Made by a program: the position numbers and the translations under genes. This document shows, one piece after another, positions 1 through 14,000 of a stretch of 64,000 bases of DNA. The notes beneath the pieces are model-generated. The model ran no database searches, was not told the origin of the DNA, and saw only the letters and a list, made by a program, of their open reading frames with translations. The DNA is from Octopus bimaculoides (taxonomy: Eukaryota): positions 51,956,716-52,020,715 of the forward strand of contig NC_068992.1 of assembly GCF_001194135.2 (NCBI RefSeq), read 5' to 3'. How positions within the stretch are numbered: position 1 is the first letter of the stretch; the number at the start of each line of letters is the position of its first letter.

Positions 1-3000
1 TGCTTTTAAGATGTTATTATCCAAGTTGAATATTATATCTCATATAATGTTCTAGCAAATATTGTAAGCCCTTCATGTAGCTCTAGATTAGACTGTCATA
101 TAATGATAAAATATCTGTGGACAAATTACACAGTTCACATTATTATGTGCAGACAGATGTATTATGCTTCCATTGGCACCCTGCAACCATTCCAGTCACA
201 TATTTTGACAATGCACACTCACATTCATTATTAATATGTCATTCTTAGATTCAGTACTTAAAAGATAAAGTCTAAAGTCTTGAAATATTAATGCCAGTAG
301 GAATCTCTGCTAGGTTAACACATGTTCACCAGTGTGTACAGAAATGCCAGTGCTTGTAAGGACATGCGATGTGGAGGAGTGATACCTTGTATGGGGATGG
401 AAAACAGTAGTATGTAATTAGTGGAAAGGAATTTTTGGCACAGATCAATGAATACTATCTAGTAGTACTGCCTTTTTTGCTTGTGTGTAAAATCATTGCT
501 TCTTTTTTTTTTTCTGAATGTACTTACATGTAGAAGGAATTAAATTTCACTGAGGTTATTTAATAAGATGTTCAATTTTCAAATTAAGAAATGATAACAT
601 TGAGTTCCATGGACACCCTTTGAGAAAAACATGCATGACAAAGAGGAAATGATGTGCTAATATGAGGTCCTCTGGATCTGTACAATCATTGTAATCATAT
701 AAGAAATGACATTAAAATCATGATAATTATGAAAATAGGATGTTATGCATCTCTCACATCATACAACAGACATGGTACCACAGAGTAATAAGTTAGTGTG
801 TGTGTGTGTGGGGGGAATCTATCTAATAAACATCTGCAGAACATTGGCAAACTTTGTAAAAAGCCAAAGTGCTGGAAATAGTTTGTTTGACTAAACCCTA
901 CTAGACATTGCTCCAGTCTGGCAATCAAATGATTTAAGTAAGTAAAAGAATAAAAAACTAAAATATTAGTTTGTTATCTTTAAGATTAACTGAAGATATT
1001 GAAATCTGAAGCAAATTATAAAGAGAACCAAAACCTTTATGATATAAGGAGAGATACAACATGGTAGATATATATGGGCTGTGATATTGAATCATCAAAA
1101 GGTTTATAGATGAAAAGCTGATAGTGGGGGTTAATCTATTGCTTTAGAAGTCCAATAAGTATATTTCTTTGATGACTTAAGTTATCAATATTTCTACAGA
1201 AGATCTGTCTACTCTTATATTTTAACAGCTGTCAAGATATCTGAGATATCATTTAACTGATGAGTCTATGGTAATCTCATACACTCTTTTGTGTATGCGT
1301 CACATGTTACACAGCTGGTTCTGGCTCTGTAAGACTATGTTGCCATTTTGCATTTGGTTGAGTACATTTCTGTAACTGCTGAGCCAAGACTGCCCTGTTA
1401 GTTATCCCAGAGGCTTGCTTTAGCAAAAGCTACGAAACGATGCCTCATGCTGGATGCTAACCTGGAAGTTTTAAGGTTTTGCATGAAGACTAGGGAAAGA
1501 TAGCTCTAAGTATAAAACTTTGCTTTTTAACAGTGCCTGCAAAGAAGCACAGGCTAAGGGCATCAGATATGTTAATAAATCAGGATAAAAGAAGAGAACA
1601 TGAAGACTTGGTGACTGGAATAATGGTGTATTATGGTTGAAATCCTTTGACTCTCAACAATGAGGATTAGAATTCTCTAGTCAGCTTATGTTGTCTTGTC
1701 GTCGTCATCATCACCACCACAACCACCACCACCACCGTCATCACCACCATCATCACCATATGATGTCCCTTCCTGATACTGGCACCGGTTGGATGGTTTG
1801 ACAGGAGCTTGGCAGCTGTAGAGTTGCCTGGCTTCTATGTCACTACTGATATTGTTTCTATGACTGAATACCTTTCCTAATGCCAACCACTTTACAGAGT
1901 GTACTCGGTGATTTTAGGCAGCACCAGAATAGGTTCTTTTATGTGGCACCACTATGGGTGCCTTACATATGGTACCAGCACCCATGAACCTGCAAGGTTA
2001 TGATCTTTCAGCTGAAGACGAATGTAGGGGACACGCTTGTATGCAAGGACATCCACAATTTTACTTAGCTTGATGTGCCTTCTTAAGCACAACAAACCAG
2101 CAGAAGTCTAGGTCCCTAGTTATCCCCTTAGTGAGGCCTAATGTCTGAAGATCCTATTTCACCATTTTGTCCCACATCTTCCTGTACATTGTTTAGTATT
2201 TCTATTCAAGTAATATACTAATGTACATATTCTCTTAGGATTTTATATCTGAATTTTAAACCAATAGCTTTTTCTCGCAGTGTACCTAATTGAATTAAGG
2301 ACAGATTTATTCAATTAAGGGATCCTAAAGCAGAAGGTATTAAGGGATAGGATTCTTTTTATTTATTATTTCTTTTATCCTTTTTTCCCTCCTTCTTGCA
2401 TTCATGTTTAAATGATGGCTTTAGAATATCTATTTCATCTCTTACTGTTACTGAACATTAAATGTCATAGTTCTGGCTTTGTATCTCAGCATATTTATTT
2501 TCAGCATGATTGATCTGATAGATATCCAAAGATTTAGCACAAGCTGTCAAGGCCAATTTGATAGTGCATGAACAAACCTCCAAGATCCAATTTCTATAGA
2601 AGGTGGTAAATGTGTGACCTTCATTTTGTTACTTCCATCTGTTACTTTCAGTTAGAAATTGAAGAGCAAAAAGAATCCGGTTTCTGTGAGATGTTTGATG
2701 TCAAAACTTTTATGTGCATCAGCACCACCAAATGCCATAAAAATATTGCCTGATTCTTTGTAAGAAGAATTTGGTATGAAAGTACATCTATAACATCAGC
2801 CCATACATCTTACGATAAACTGTGCCTCTGTGCAACTGGGCATATGTCTTAATAGATTTCTGGTTTGCAATACACTTCTCATTCCAAAATTCTTTAGTTT
2901 ACTATCAGGGTTTGTTTTAAGATGAGTATTGAAGAATAAATATGTTTTTCTTCATCAATGGAATTGTTCAGTGATTTTTATTATCTTTCTCATTCTCAAC

Positions 3001-3053
3001 TGAAACAACAGTACTGCAAGTAAATTACAAGATCACTCACAAATACGTATGAA

Positions 3054-3084
<31 letters not shown>

Positions 3085-3312
3085 GGTACAAAACACGCAG
3101 GTTATATATATATATNNNNNNNNNNNNNNNNNNNNNNNNNNNNNNNNNNNNNNNNNNNNNNNNNNNNNNNNNNNNNNNNNNNNNNNNNNNNNNNNNNNNN
3201 NNNNNNNNNNNNNNNNNNNNNNNNNNNNNNNNNNNNNNNNATATATATACATATATGTATATATATATATATATAGATATATATATAGATATATATAGAT
3301 ATATATATACAC

Positions 3313-3343
<31 letters not shown>

Positions 3344-3441
3344 ATAACTATGCAACAAGTCATATCTGTTCATTTTCTTTGCCTTTACTGTTCTCTGTTT
3401 TCCTTTCACTTGCCCTTATCTTCTCTCTCTTTCTTTCTCTG

Positions 3442-3488
<47 letters not shown>

Positions 3489-4365
3489 TACACACGCTCA
3501 TATAACAATATATTTCTATAAACACTGACACATTTTCAAAGATAGACATAAGGGTATATATATCATTACTTATTTCAATAAACACTTACATTTCTCTAAA
3601 TTTATAACATACACAGCACACACACACACACACATACACTGAAGCATATGAAACTTACTTCCTCACACATTATATTATTTTTTATAATACATATTTTTCT
3701 GCCATAAATTTTTTACTTCTTTAAATAGCAAACTGACAGATCTTTAGTTGAAAAGAGAGAACATCTATGATAACAGAGTCATTTGAGCAATGCCTTAGCT
3801 TTTGAAAACTGAAGAGACTCGTCAGCTTTCTAATGCATCCAGGAATAATGATAAATGGTTTTCTATTGATAGAGCTTAGCAGACAAAGAATAGCAGAATA
3901 AATACAATGTGACAGACAGGATTCAGAAAGAGATACTAGCGAGATTATTTTTATCAACTACCATAAAGAAGATGAGAATCTTTACAGCAGAGATGGAATA
4001 TTCCAGAAAGAAACCAGATATAGTGTGAAGAGTGTTCAGTAAGGCATGCAAAAGATTAGAGCAGGTTGAGCTATTGGTTTCCTTTGATGTAGATATTTCT
4101 TATAGTATTAATATGGAGAAATCTATTCTAATTCTACAAAAGCATCAATGGAAATGTACAGATATCAGTGTGTCCATCTGATGTTTCGATGTGTTAATGT
4201 GTAATATTCTACTATGTTTCAAGCAGTTTGATAGATGCTTGTGTAAAGACATGTGATAACTTAAGTGCATATGTATGCATGTGCGTATGTATGTATATAT
4301 GTATGTATAACATACATTATATGTGTATGACATATATGTATAAAATACATACATTTATTATATAC

Positions 4366-4425
<60 letters not shown>

Positions 4426-5092
4426 TGTATATATGTATACATACACACATATACATAGATAGATAGATAGATAGGGATATATATATATGTGTGTGGATGT
4501 GTGAATAAATACACACACACACACACATACATGTATGTACCACCACCACCACCATAATTTTAGCCATCATTTTAATCATCATCATCATTTCAACATTCAT
4601 TTTTCAGAGAAAATTGGAATGTGCATGTGTGAGTGTGTGTGTGTGTGTACATATAGAAACACATGCACACACACACACACATATATATGAACACACCTAT
4701 TCATATATATATTAATATCTATTTAAGTTTTCTTTTTATGTCAAGTTATATATAAGACTATTTAGTATTAAACTGAAGGATGACTCAATATGTATTAGTA
4801 GAGTTCTTATTAACATTTTTGAAGGAAAGTCTGACAGACTTTAAAATTTTAGCTTACTCACTTTCATCAAGCTCTGATCGACTTTGTTTCTTTCTGGTTT
4901 CATATAGCTTTTGGCATGCTGCGTTTTTACAGGTGAAGCAATGTGATAAATAATTAGGTGTGGTGTAAGAAGACAAGGAAAGCAATTGTGTGGGAAGTGG
5001 GAGAGTAAAAAAGCACTGGATGTGATCATAAGGTGTGGTTTGATACAAAAGTATGGTAAGGAGATTGGGCCATGATTATATCTTTCAATTCA

Positions 5093-5353
5093 TCACTTTG
5101 TGCAATAATTGGTAGGTTTGCTTTGGCAATGTTGAAGATATTCTGGTGACATGGCTTGTGTGTCACTATAAATGGTATGACTATAAATGGTATGTTCTTG
5201 TTTTCCTCTTTGGGGTGTCCTTTTAATCAATCCCAGCACTTTTTTTTTGTTTGCTTTGGCCAGGTCAAAATACAGGTCTCTTGACATATTCAACAAAACA
5301 TGATGCCTAAACCAAACACCAATCAACTTAGGTAATTTTAGTTGAAACCGCAC
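5093..5353 (-). mobile_element. Decayed CR1/L2-like LINE reverse-transcriptase C-terminal fragment
   Basis: ORF reads IGVWF...LAKANKKKVLGLIKRT...IYSDTQAMSPEY, resembling the LGV.F...AKKANRVLGLIKR...LYK..IRP.LEY thumb region; includes a 15-bp tandem duplication (ctataaatggtatg) near 5166-5195. Confidence 0.45.
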
Positions 5354-5646
5354 ACGGATTGGTCAAAATACAGTTTGCAAAACTTAACATTCTGGAGCCT
5401 ATACAAATGTATTTCAGGTACACATTTTAGCCATCTCACTACAGGTGTATATTGTAAAACATAACTGTCACTACTACTCTATGGACCTGAAGATTGCATA
5501 GTTTAATACATTAATGTACAAGTTCAATCAGAATGGACATTTAATATCCTATCATTTCATTATATCATATTATCTTATATTATTATAAGATTGTAAATAA
5601 AACATGAAAACAAAGTTGGAATTCCTTTGGTTTATGTGTGTGTGTA

Positions 5647-5721
<75 letters not shown>

Positions 5722-6432
5722 NNNNNNNNNNGATAGATAGATAGATACACTTACGTACAGGGAATGTATATGTTGTTGTTGTTGTCTAACCTTGATAATC
5801 TTCTCAAACTGACCCCTGATCAAATTAAGCCCAGCCATGATAAGCTATAATTTTTCAGGATTTATTTTTAATATTATCCACGATATTATGTGCCATATTA
5901 ATATACTCTGACCTTAGAATGTCATTTCAGTGGGAATTCACTGTCCATTCTATTAGAGAGACCAACTAGACAGAGGAGCACAGAGAACTGTAGTTGCAAC
6001 ATAAAACGGAAATTTATTTGAATAAATGTCTATATATTGTAGATAATGTCACTTGTCATTTTATCCCTATTAGTTCTTTCAAGAAAATTACTCTGATATT
6101 CTAAAGACAGCATTTAATTCTTGGTCTTTATGAGGATGAGAAAGAAAGAACAATAAAAGAACTTTTATAGCGGTTATTGTTTCTGAAATAAATCTGTCAT
6201 TTATTTTATTGAATTCTGTCATATTTTGTAGGGTTTAACATTTTATTGATTTGTATCTCAATGTTTCATATTCGCTGACTTACAAGGAATGCTTCTAGGG
6301 ATTTCAATGTTTGTGTTTAGCATAATTGGTTAAGTAATTATACTTATAATATGCAGCATATACATTTCCTTTCATTTGTTGTTACACATCCATCCATACA
6401 TATCTCTATTTATCTATCTATCTATATATATA

Positions 6433-6468
<36 letters not shown>

Positions 6469-6472
<4 letters not shown>

Positions 6473-7300
6473 AGGTAGTATCAAAAAGTTCCCTGGCTAG
6501 TCATGTTTAATAGAAAATAACTTATTTAGCTAAGTTTTAACATCATCTCCTTTAAAACAGTCACCCTTTACAGCAATACATTGGTCCCAACGTTCCTGCC
6601 ATTTTTGGAATCCAGCCTGGAAGTTGTTTTCTATAAGAGAGTCAAGGACCTTCTGTGATTCACCCTGGATCTTGATGATAGCGTTAAAAAAGTAACTTTT
6701 GCGCTGTCTCTACCTCTTGGGAAATAAGATGGAGGTCTGCAGATGCTAAATCTGGTGAATAGGGCGGGTGCAGAAGTGATACCCTGTTGGTTTTGGTGAG
6801 AAGCTCACGAGTGAAAAGATCTCAGTGACAGGATGCTTTTTTTTGTTATGTAGAATCCAATTCTTCACACTCCGCAAATTCAGTTGCTCTCACTAAATGT
6901 TCTCCCTCAAATGCTTCAAAAACGTTTCAGTAGAACTCTCGATCGATGGTCTGACCCTGGGGACAAATTCTCCATGCGCAATACTACATTACAATAGGTG
7001 ATGCTCATGGTAAGTCTTTCAGATTGCTTATTGTCTTCCAGGGACATTCTTCCACTTTTGAAGAACCTGTGGCAATCATAACATTGTATATGACCCATTG
7101 CCTCCTGACCATGACAAAATCATAGACTACAGCATACATGTGATCACAAAAATACAAATTTCACAACTTGCAAAGTAAACACAGTGATGTCACTCTACAC
7201 ACTGCCTCATGAAGGTCATTGTTAGCTCTCATTGTGTACACAACCGTGTGCTGGCTTTTGCTGGCATGCTACAGATCTAGTCTGAGAACATTTTGATATG
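6469..7300 (-). mobile_element. Internally deleted mariner (DD34D-type) transposon
   Basis: Minus-strand translation gives HPPYSPDLAS (about 6745-6774) and WQERWDQCIAVKGDCFKGD ending at stop 6530-6532. N-terminal HTH piece MGHIQCYDCHRFFKSGRMSLED in ORF 6916-7098. Degenerate inverted termini caaggtagtatcaaaaagttccctggctag (6471) and ctagtctgagaacattttgata (7277). Confidence 0.9.
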
Positions 7301-7337
7301 TATAAGTTTATGCATCTATATAGATAAATATGTATGT

Positions 7338-7395
<58 letters not shown>

Positions 7396-8964
7396 NNNNN
7401 NNNNNNNNNNNNNNNNNNNNNNNNNNNNNNNNNNNNNNNNNNNNNNNNNNNNNNNNNNNNNNNNNNNNNNNNNNNNNNNNNNNNNNNNNNNNNNNNNNNN
7501 NNNNNNNNNNNNNNNNNNNNNNNNNNNNNNNNNNNNNNNNNNNNNNNNNNNNNNNNNNNNNNNNNNNNNNNNNNNNNNNNNNNNNNNNNNNNNNNNNNNN
7601 NNNNNNNNNNNNNNNNNTATGTATATGTATATATGAATCTATATACACACACACACATACATATGTTTGTTTATTCATAAATAGATAGATAGAAAGATAT
7701 ATCTGTGTGTGTTTGTGTGTGTGCATTTGCGAGTGTGTTTGCATGCGTATGTGCGTGCGCGTGTGCATGCATGTGTGTGTATGCTTGCATGTGTGTGTGT
7801 GAGTGTGTGTGCATTTGTGCAGGTTATTAATGAAAGTATGCCAGCATGGAAAATGGACGTTAAATGATGACGATGATGATGATGGTGGTGGTGGTGGTGG
7901 TGGTGGAGGTGATGATGACGACGACGACGATGATGATAACGAGTACTCAACAATGGAGAGGTGAATACAAATTTCTTTTAACAGCAAAATTGTTGACTTT
8001 CTGGAACCAAAGGTTTCTTGCTGATAAAAATCATCAAAATTTCCAAAAGGAATTCAAATTCCAAATAATGCTCTATCATTATAATCAGCTAAAATTGCAA
8101 GAACAAGTAGTAGCAATCTGAATCTGCCTAGAAACATTTTTAATTTTTGTCTGTATAAATCCTTGGGTTATAGAAAATTAACATAAATTTTATTGAAAAG
8201 AATACATGTTCCCATGTGCAAGTTTAGAACACGATAACAATGTGAACTAAATTTGAAAGTTGAAGTCTCTTAAAATGATATAGTAGTCAGCTATCCATAT
8301 GTATATTCACATGTGCATTAAGAATTCACTCTCTTCCTCCTCCTCTCACTCTACCTCCCCAAAATCCAATAGACACAAAATGTTATGCAATAAACTGGAA
8401 ATTTGTTTAAAATATAATGAAGAATTAAATGCTGTTCTTGAAATAATTCAGCACATTTACTGCATAACGATAAAAACAAGAAATCAAACAGTTATGTACA
8501 GAGAAATGAAATACAAAATGTATAAAAGAAACAACAAAATAACTAACAGACAAAGCATTTAGCAATTTCATCCTTGACGTCTTCGTTGCTATAGCAACCC
8601 CGACTAAAAACAACAAACACATATTAAATTATCTATTTGAACAAAGAAAGATTTTGAAATTACAAATCTACATGAGGCCATATATATTGTTTTCCTAACA
8701 AGTGTAATCAATAAATCTATGTGTTATTTAAATTACTCCTTCCTCCTTCAAATTCATGTATTACAATTCCGGAGTTGGAATATTGGCATTAATGAAAGAT
8801 CCCTGTTCCTCTATAATCTGTATTGAAATTACTCTGGATTCTATGATTCTATGATTCTATGATATTTGTGCCAGCGATATGCTAAACTGATGAGCTTAGT
8901 TAAACCAAAACAATATTACATTTATAGTAAGTTTATAAATTTTGTTTATCAGATTACGTTGATA

Positions 8965-8995
<31 letters not shown>

Positions 8996-9080
8996 GGACC
9001 ATAGTGGTAGCGACTGTGGTGGCAGTGATGACGATGAAGAGGATGAAGAAGTGGAGGAGAAGGACGATGAGGGTGATGAC

Positions 9081-9287
9081 CCTTTCTACTATAGGGCTGA
9101 AATTTAGGAGGTGTGTGCTAGTGAACTGCATAGACCACAGTGCTCAACTGGTACTTATTTCATTGACCTCAAAAAGATGAAAGGTAAAGTCAAATTTGGC
9201 AGAATTTGAGCTCAGATAAAAAAAAAAAACAGTTGAAATGCCGCTAAGCATTTGACCCAGTATGCTGGTGATTCTACCAATTTGCCA
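9081..9287 (-). mobile_element. tRNA-derived SINE, family C (head ggtgagctggcagaat...), diverged
   Basis: Reverse complement shares gagttcaaat B-box-like segment, ctttcatc, aataagtaccag with copies at 30231, 45261 and 54451. Confidence 0.75.
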
Positions 9288-9342
9288 TCTTAATAACAAC
9301 AACAACAATAATATCAATAATAATAATAAGAAGAAGAAGAAT

Positions 9343-9734
9343 AAAGATCATGAAATAGAAACTGGCAAAATGTGGAACCTCAGGACTAAAACAATACCTG
9401 TTGTCATAAGTGTCCTAAGAATGATAGACAAAAAAGGGCTGATTCCTAATTAGCTCAGATAGCAGGAAACCCCAAAATGGCAGAAATTCAAAAGATAGTG
9501 CCCATTGGAACTGTCCATATCCTACATAAAATACTGTTTGTGTAATCTCAAATTTTAAAACAAACTTATAATTTTTCTGTTTTCTTAAACATTCTCTAGA
9601 ACAATACTACGTGCAAAACCAAATATATGACACCCTAGGCATAACACCAACTTGAACTTCTAACTTGTTGTCTCTTGAGGTCTCTGGGGAAGACTTGGAG
9701 TCAACTTGTACAAATACAAAGCAAAAGTGAAACT

Positions 9735-9778
<44 letters not shown>
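9343..9778 (+). mobile_element. 5'-truncated Dong/R4-clade non-LTR retrotransposon 3' end with (TAA)n tail
   Basis: KDHEIETGKMWNLRTKTIPVVI, then after a frameshift LAQIAGNPKMAEIQKIVPIGTVHILHKILFV*, typical of the R4/Dong restriction-like endonuclease C-terminus. 3' UTR ends in (TAA)n 9737-9778 and the left flank is an AAC/AAT microsatellite. Confidence 0.85.
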
Positions 9779-9779
<1 letters not shown>

Positions 9780-9966
9780 GATCCAGGCTAATCGGCCACA
9801 CATAATTATTAAAGAGAGAGATGAAAATACTTGTAGATTAATAGCTGTAAGTTCTTCCACTGATAAAAATATTTCCGTCAAGGAATTTGACAAACTAAGT
9901 AAATATAAGGACCTGGAAATTGAAATACAAAAGATGTGGATCTTAAAATAAGAACTGTTCCTCATC
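9779..9966 (+). mobile_element. Second Dong/R4 endonuclease-domain fragment
   Basis: TIQANRPHIIIKERDENTCRLIAVSSSTDKNISVKEFDKLSKYKDLEIEIQKMWILK matches the NRPD...KC.LID...KE.EKLSKYKDL pattern. Confidence 0.85.
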
Positions 9967-10184
9967 ACATTAACCCACATTTCAACAAATTCATTGATGG
10001 TGGTGGTGGGAGAGTGCCTTCTTTTTTTTGCACCTTTACCTTACTTTTTAGCTGAAGGTTAACAAAAGCTGATATGGACTTGCCCAAAAAGGGAAGTCTG
10101 TCTTCAGCCCTTTCAGGCTTGTTTTAAAAAAAAGTTGAAACTACCTTTTGGAGTCATTTTGACTAATAAAGCCAGGTTTCCCAT

Positions 10185-10283
10185 TTTGTTCAAAGACACA
10201 ACATGCTGCTTGATCCAGGAATTGAAACCACAATCTTGCGATCATGATTCCAGCACCCTAACCACTAAGCCATGCATCTCCTC
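10185..10283 (-). mobile_element. tRNA-derived SINE head, family B
   Basis: Reverse complement has A-box-like TGGCTTAGTGG and B-box-like GTTTCAATTCC followed by tgtgtctttgaacaa (CORE-like start). Confidence 0.75.
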
Positions 10284-10683
10284 TTGTTTACCATGCTGCA
10301 ACTTGCCCCAAAAGCCACCAAGCAGAGGAAAACTTCCTGCTGTTCTTGGTGAAAGGAAGGAAGTGAAAAGATATTCATCATGGAGTTAGTTGATAGCCAT
10401 GTCCAACCTACAAGCTGCAGCAGCTGTTCAACACAGTTCCACAAATCTGCTAAGTTCAGTCTCTGTGCAAACATGTACAACACAGTTTTGCTGTTCTGCC
10501 CTCATCTCTAGAAGGTACAGCAGATGGCACTACAATACTTGTAACGTTTATCCCAAATTAGCAATACCTTCTGATGTCTAGAATTATACAAAGTTCATGG
10601 ACTGATGCTATTGTGGAACTTCCACTTATTGCATTGTCTGAAATGGAATGAACTGAGGACTTATGATAACAAGCTTAGTGTCC

Positions 10684-10780
10684 GGTGCTCAGGTGTGTAC
10701 AGTGCTCAGGTGTGTACAGTGCTCAGGTGTGTACAGTGCTCAGGTGTGTACAGTGCTCAGGTGTGTACAGTGCTCAGGTA
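10684..10780. repeat. 17-bp minisatellite (agtgctcaggtgtgtac) x5.7
   Basis: Directly counted units at 10684, 10701, 10718, 10735, 10752 and a partial at 10769; near-identical with no spacers. Confidence 0.97.
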
Positions 10781-13112
10781 TGCTACAACTCACTGGAAAA
10801 TGTAGAAGAGGACGAACAATGCATCAATGTGTCAAATAAAGAAAAATAGCAATGTTAGTAGGAGAAGTGCATACACATTACACACTTGAAACACACACAT
10901 AAAACCCACAGATAAGTGAATAGTAAAAAAAAAAGCCAAAATGAGAAAAGTGTACAGCAAGCACATCATATCATGAATAATGTTGGTGAATTTTAGAGAG
11001 AAATTTTTGAAGGATGCATTGTTTTGATAGCTAACAATCATCTTGGGTAGTTTACTTTATACTTTGATATAGAAAAGATTTCTATAAATTTTGAATAGTA
11101 CTTTTATAACATCATATACAGCTGCTGTATATTTCTAAAAACATATCTATTAACAAACAGTTTTCAACTTATGCCAAGAATAAACTTAGTAATAAACTAA
11201 TACTTAACATTCAAACACATTCTACTAGTAATATTGCTGTTGTTTTTAAGCTCATTTTAATACTGCTATGTGAATAATAAACCCAAAGAAGAATCATTGA
11301 AATTCAGGATAGACAGTATGACACTTTACAGACTTCAACATTCTAAATAAATTTTGATTTATTACACTGTCAGGTAAACTTTAAATTTACAATTTACTGT
11401 TACCACACCATGGAGGAAATGATGACTCTGCAAACCACTCAATATTGAAAACTACCTTGAAGAACAGTGACCAGCTCTGCCTTAATAGCATTATAGGCCC
11501 CTGAGAAAATCAATGTTCTTCGAAATTTAGTATTTATTTACTGACAGCTAACAACAGCATACATAGGTTTGCCCTGGGCCTCTAGACCCATGAGACCACT
11601 TGGAAACTCATCAAGCGTGACAACACCTTCAAGCATCATTGGCTACTGTACTGGATAAAATCTGATGCAGCAGAAATGTCCTATCAGACAAGCTCTGATT
11701 AGCGTTTGTATGATGAAATGAATTCAGTCCATGCTATAAAGAAGTTTGTGATAGGAAATATGTCCAGGTGTAAAAAAAAACATCTTAGAAATATAATAAT
11801 CATTGAGGATGATATCAGCAGTTGCTGCAGTGGTGGTCATGATGATGACAACAAAGATGACGACAACCAACATCATCACAACCATCACAACCATCACCAC
11901 TACCACTCTCACATTTAAATTTAATATGTTTTATAATCCTAAATTCCTAAAGATGCATTACTCAATACATGTTGTCAGTGACTTTATAAAATAAACAGCT
12001 TTTCATTTGCAAAATCTAATTACATAAATGCTCCATCATTTTGTGAGTTGTGTGTTTGTCTTCTGTATGACTAAGGTGAGTATGTGCGTATGTCTATGTA
12101 CACACATACACACACTCACAAAGTTAACATAGACAGCAGTGTGCCATGTGCTGTGGTAATGTTCAAGTGTGTGTGTGTGTGTGTGTGTGCATGCAGTTTG
12201 CATATCATCAAATGTAATACCAAAGTAAGATGATATGTGATAGATTACATGAAACCCTTTCATTTCCTGTTAACATCAGCTATAGTTACTAATGTAATAA
12301 TATCTATCGTACATTTCCTTATTTTCTTTCTAATACAAGAATATAACGCTTGTGAGAAGGAGATCTCATTTGAAAATCTTCCTTGGTTATCATCAAACAA
12401 CAGTATTGGAAAAATCAGCAAAGAACCGTTATTTATTCTTTCCATTCCCAAGGGAGTCTGCAATAGTTTCTATAAATTAATTTAAATCAAATATATGATT
12501 CAATTAATTAACAAATACAAAACACAATAGTTAACTATACTATATGGAAAGTTCATTATCAAGCATCACGTTTTTCTTTTATTCATTTGCATGCGTTTCA
12601 TTGTATGTCTGACTGCATTAAGTCCAAGTTGAAAGATCATACACAAACATACACTCCCATGAACGTTTTAATCAGTGTGTGTGTGTGTGTGGTGTGTAAC
12701 TGTATGCTGGTATGTATATATGTATATGTATACACACCCACACATGTATAAACGAGGGCATTTATACATCCATATCTATTAACGTTTATTTTCAATACTT
12801 TTCTCGCTGGATTACATGTTTGCTTCTCTTTTTGTCATCTGCAATTTCGTTTTTTATTTTCTATATAAATGGAGATTTTTCCTCCATCTGCCTGTTTTTC
12901 TCTCTTCAAAACAGAAAGTGATATTGTGGAACAGTCATTTTAACGAGTTGTTTTTATTTATTTATCAACCGACGAGGTACATCTGCACCACCGGATGCCT
13001 CTGAACCAGTTGTTGAGTGTCCCACTCAAGAGAAATCGATGCTAGATGTGTCGAAACAATTGTCGTGATTAATAATAAATTCTCGTATATTCCACATTCT
13101 GCCTTTCATTTG

Positions 13113-13149
<37 letters not shown>

Positions 13150-13255
13150 CAAAATAATAAGAAGGCAGATATATCCTTTAACACATCTTTAACGATTTGT
13201 TACAATTGGTTTTGTAGTAACTCTGCTTCCAATGCTAATTTACACAAAAATTTTG

Positions 13256-13324
13256 AGTGGCTGTATGGTAAGTAGCTTGCTTACCAACCACATAATTCCA
13301 GGTTCAGTCCCACTGTGTGGCATC
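13256..13324 (+). mobile_element. tRNA-derived SINE head, family A
   Basis: gtggctgtatggtaagtagcttgcttaccaaccac...ggttcagtcccactg, matching the heads of copies at 40225 and 57607 (reverse). Confidence 0.85.
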
Positions 13325-13649
13325 TATATATATATATATATATATATACTATTTTGTAGAGTACATTTTTCTTGATGGTGTCTGATCTCCTTCATTGTTT
13401 GGATTGCATCTTGGTGGTTCTTCTCTAAATTAATATATATGTGTGTGTGTGTGTGTGTGTGTATGGATGTATATACCATTGGGAAAGGAACTATATAATA
13501 CACCACAGAGTGTATAAAAGAATTTTGTATAAGACTGTTCTTCCAAACTCTCACTGAGAAAAGCAAATATCAAATTACAACTGGTAGAGAGGACATGAGG
13601 ACCTAAATATTAGAGTATCATGATTTTTTGACTTAACTTAGACTGATTA

Positions 13650-14000
13650 GCCTTGGCACAAAACCAAGCATGGCCTTCCAATCAGACTGCCGATATACTT
13701 GTCAATATTGCGAACAAGTCATGCCTTAGTTGCATGGAATGTTGTATATTTTTCTTTGAACGCTTGTCAATGACTAGGGTGAATGACTTTTGGATATTCA
13801 CTGACATGTATACAACTAAGGAAAATGTTGAATGAACAATTCAATAATGCTTTTACAACCCTGCTGGTACACATGCAAATAGAGTGGGCAAGAATTCTTC
13901 AATACTGCTATTGTGCATTGAGAACTGTGGTTGCCATCATTTAAACTGATATGAAAGAAAATGGTTTCATTGATTCTGGATCCAGTTCTATTCATCCACA
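13650..14000 (-). mobile_element. Possible highly decayed Ty3/Gypsy reverse-transcriptase relic
   Basis: Minus strand gives IELDPES (13971-13992) then QY*RI and VYMSVNI, in the order expected for WQIELDEES...QY.RLPFG...VYMDDI; many stops. Confidence 0.3.

Noticed and set aside
1020-4070. Scattered RTE or L1 endonuclease-like traces (also near 28500, 36400, 47400, 61450)
   Set aside because: Only 1-2 degenerate motifs each, too decayed to call without a profile search
10684-10780. CRISPR-like array
   Set aside because: Contiguous tandem units with no unique spacers, in a eukaryotic context with no cas genes
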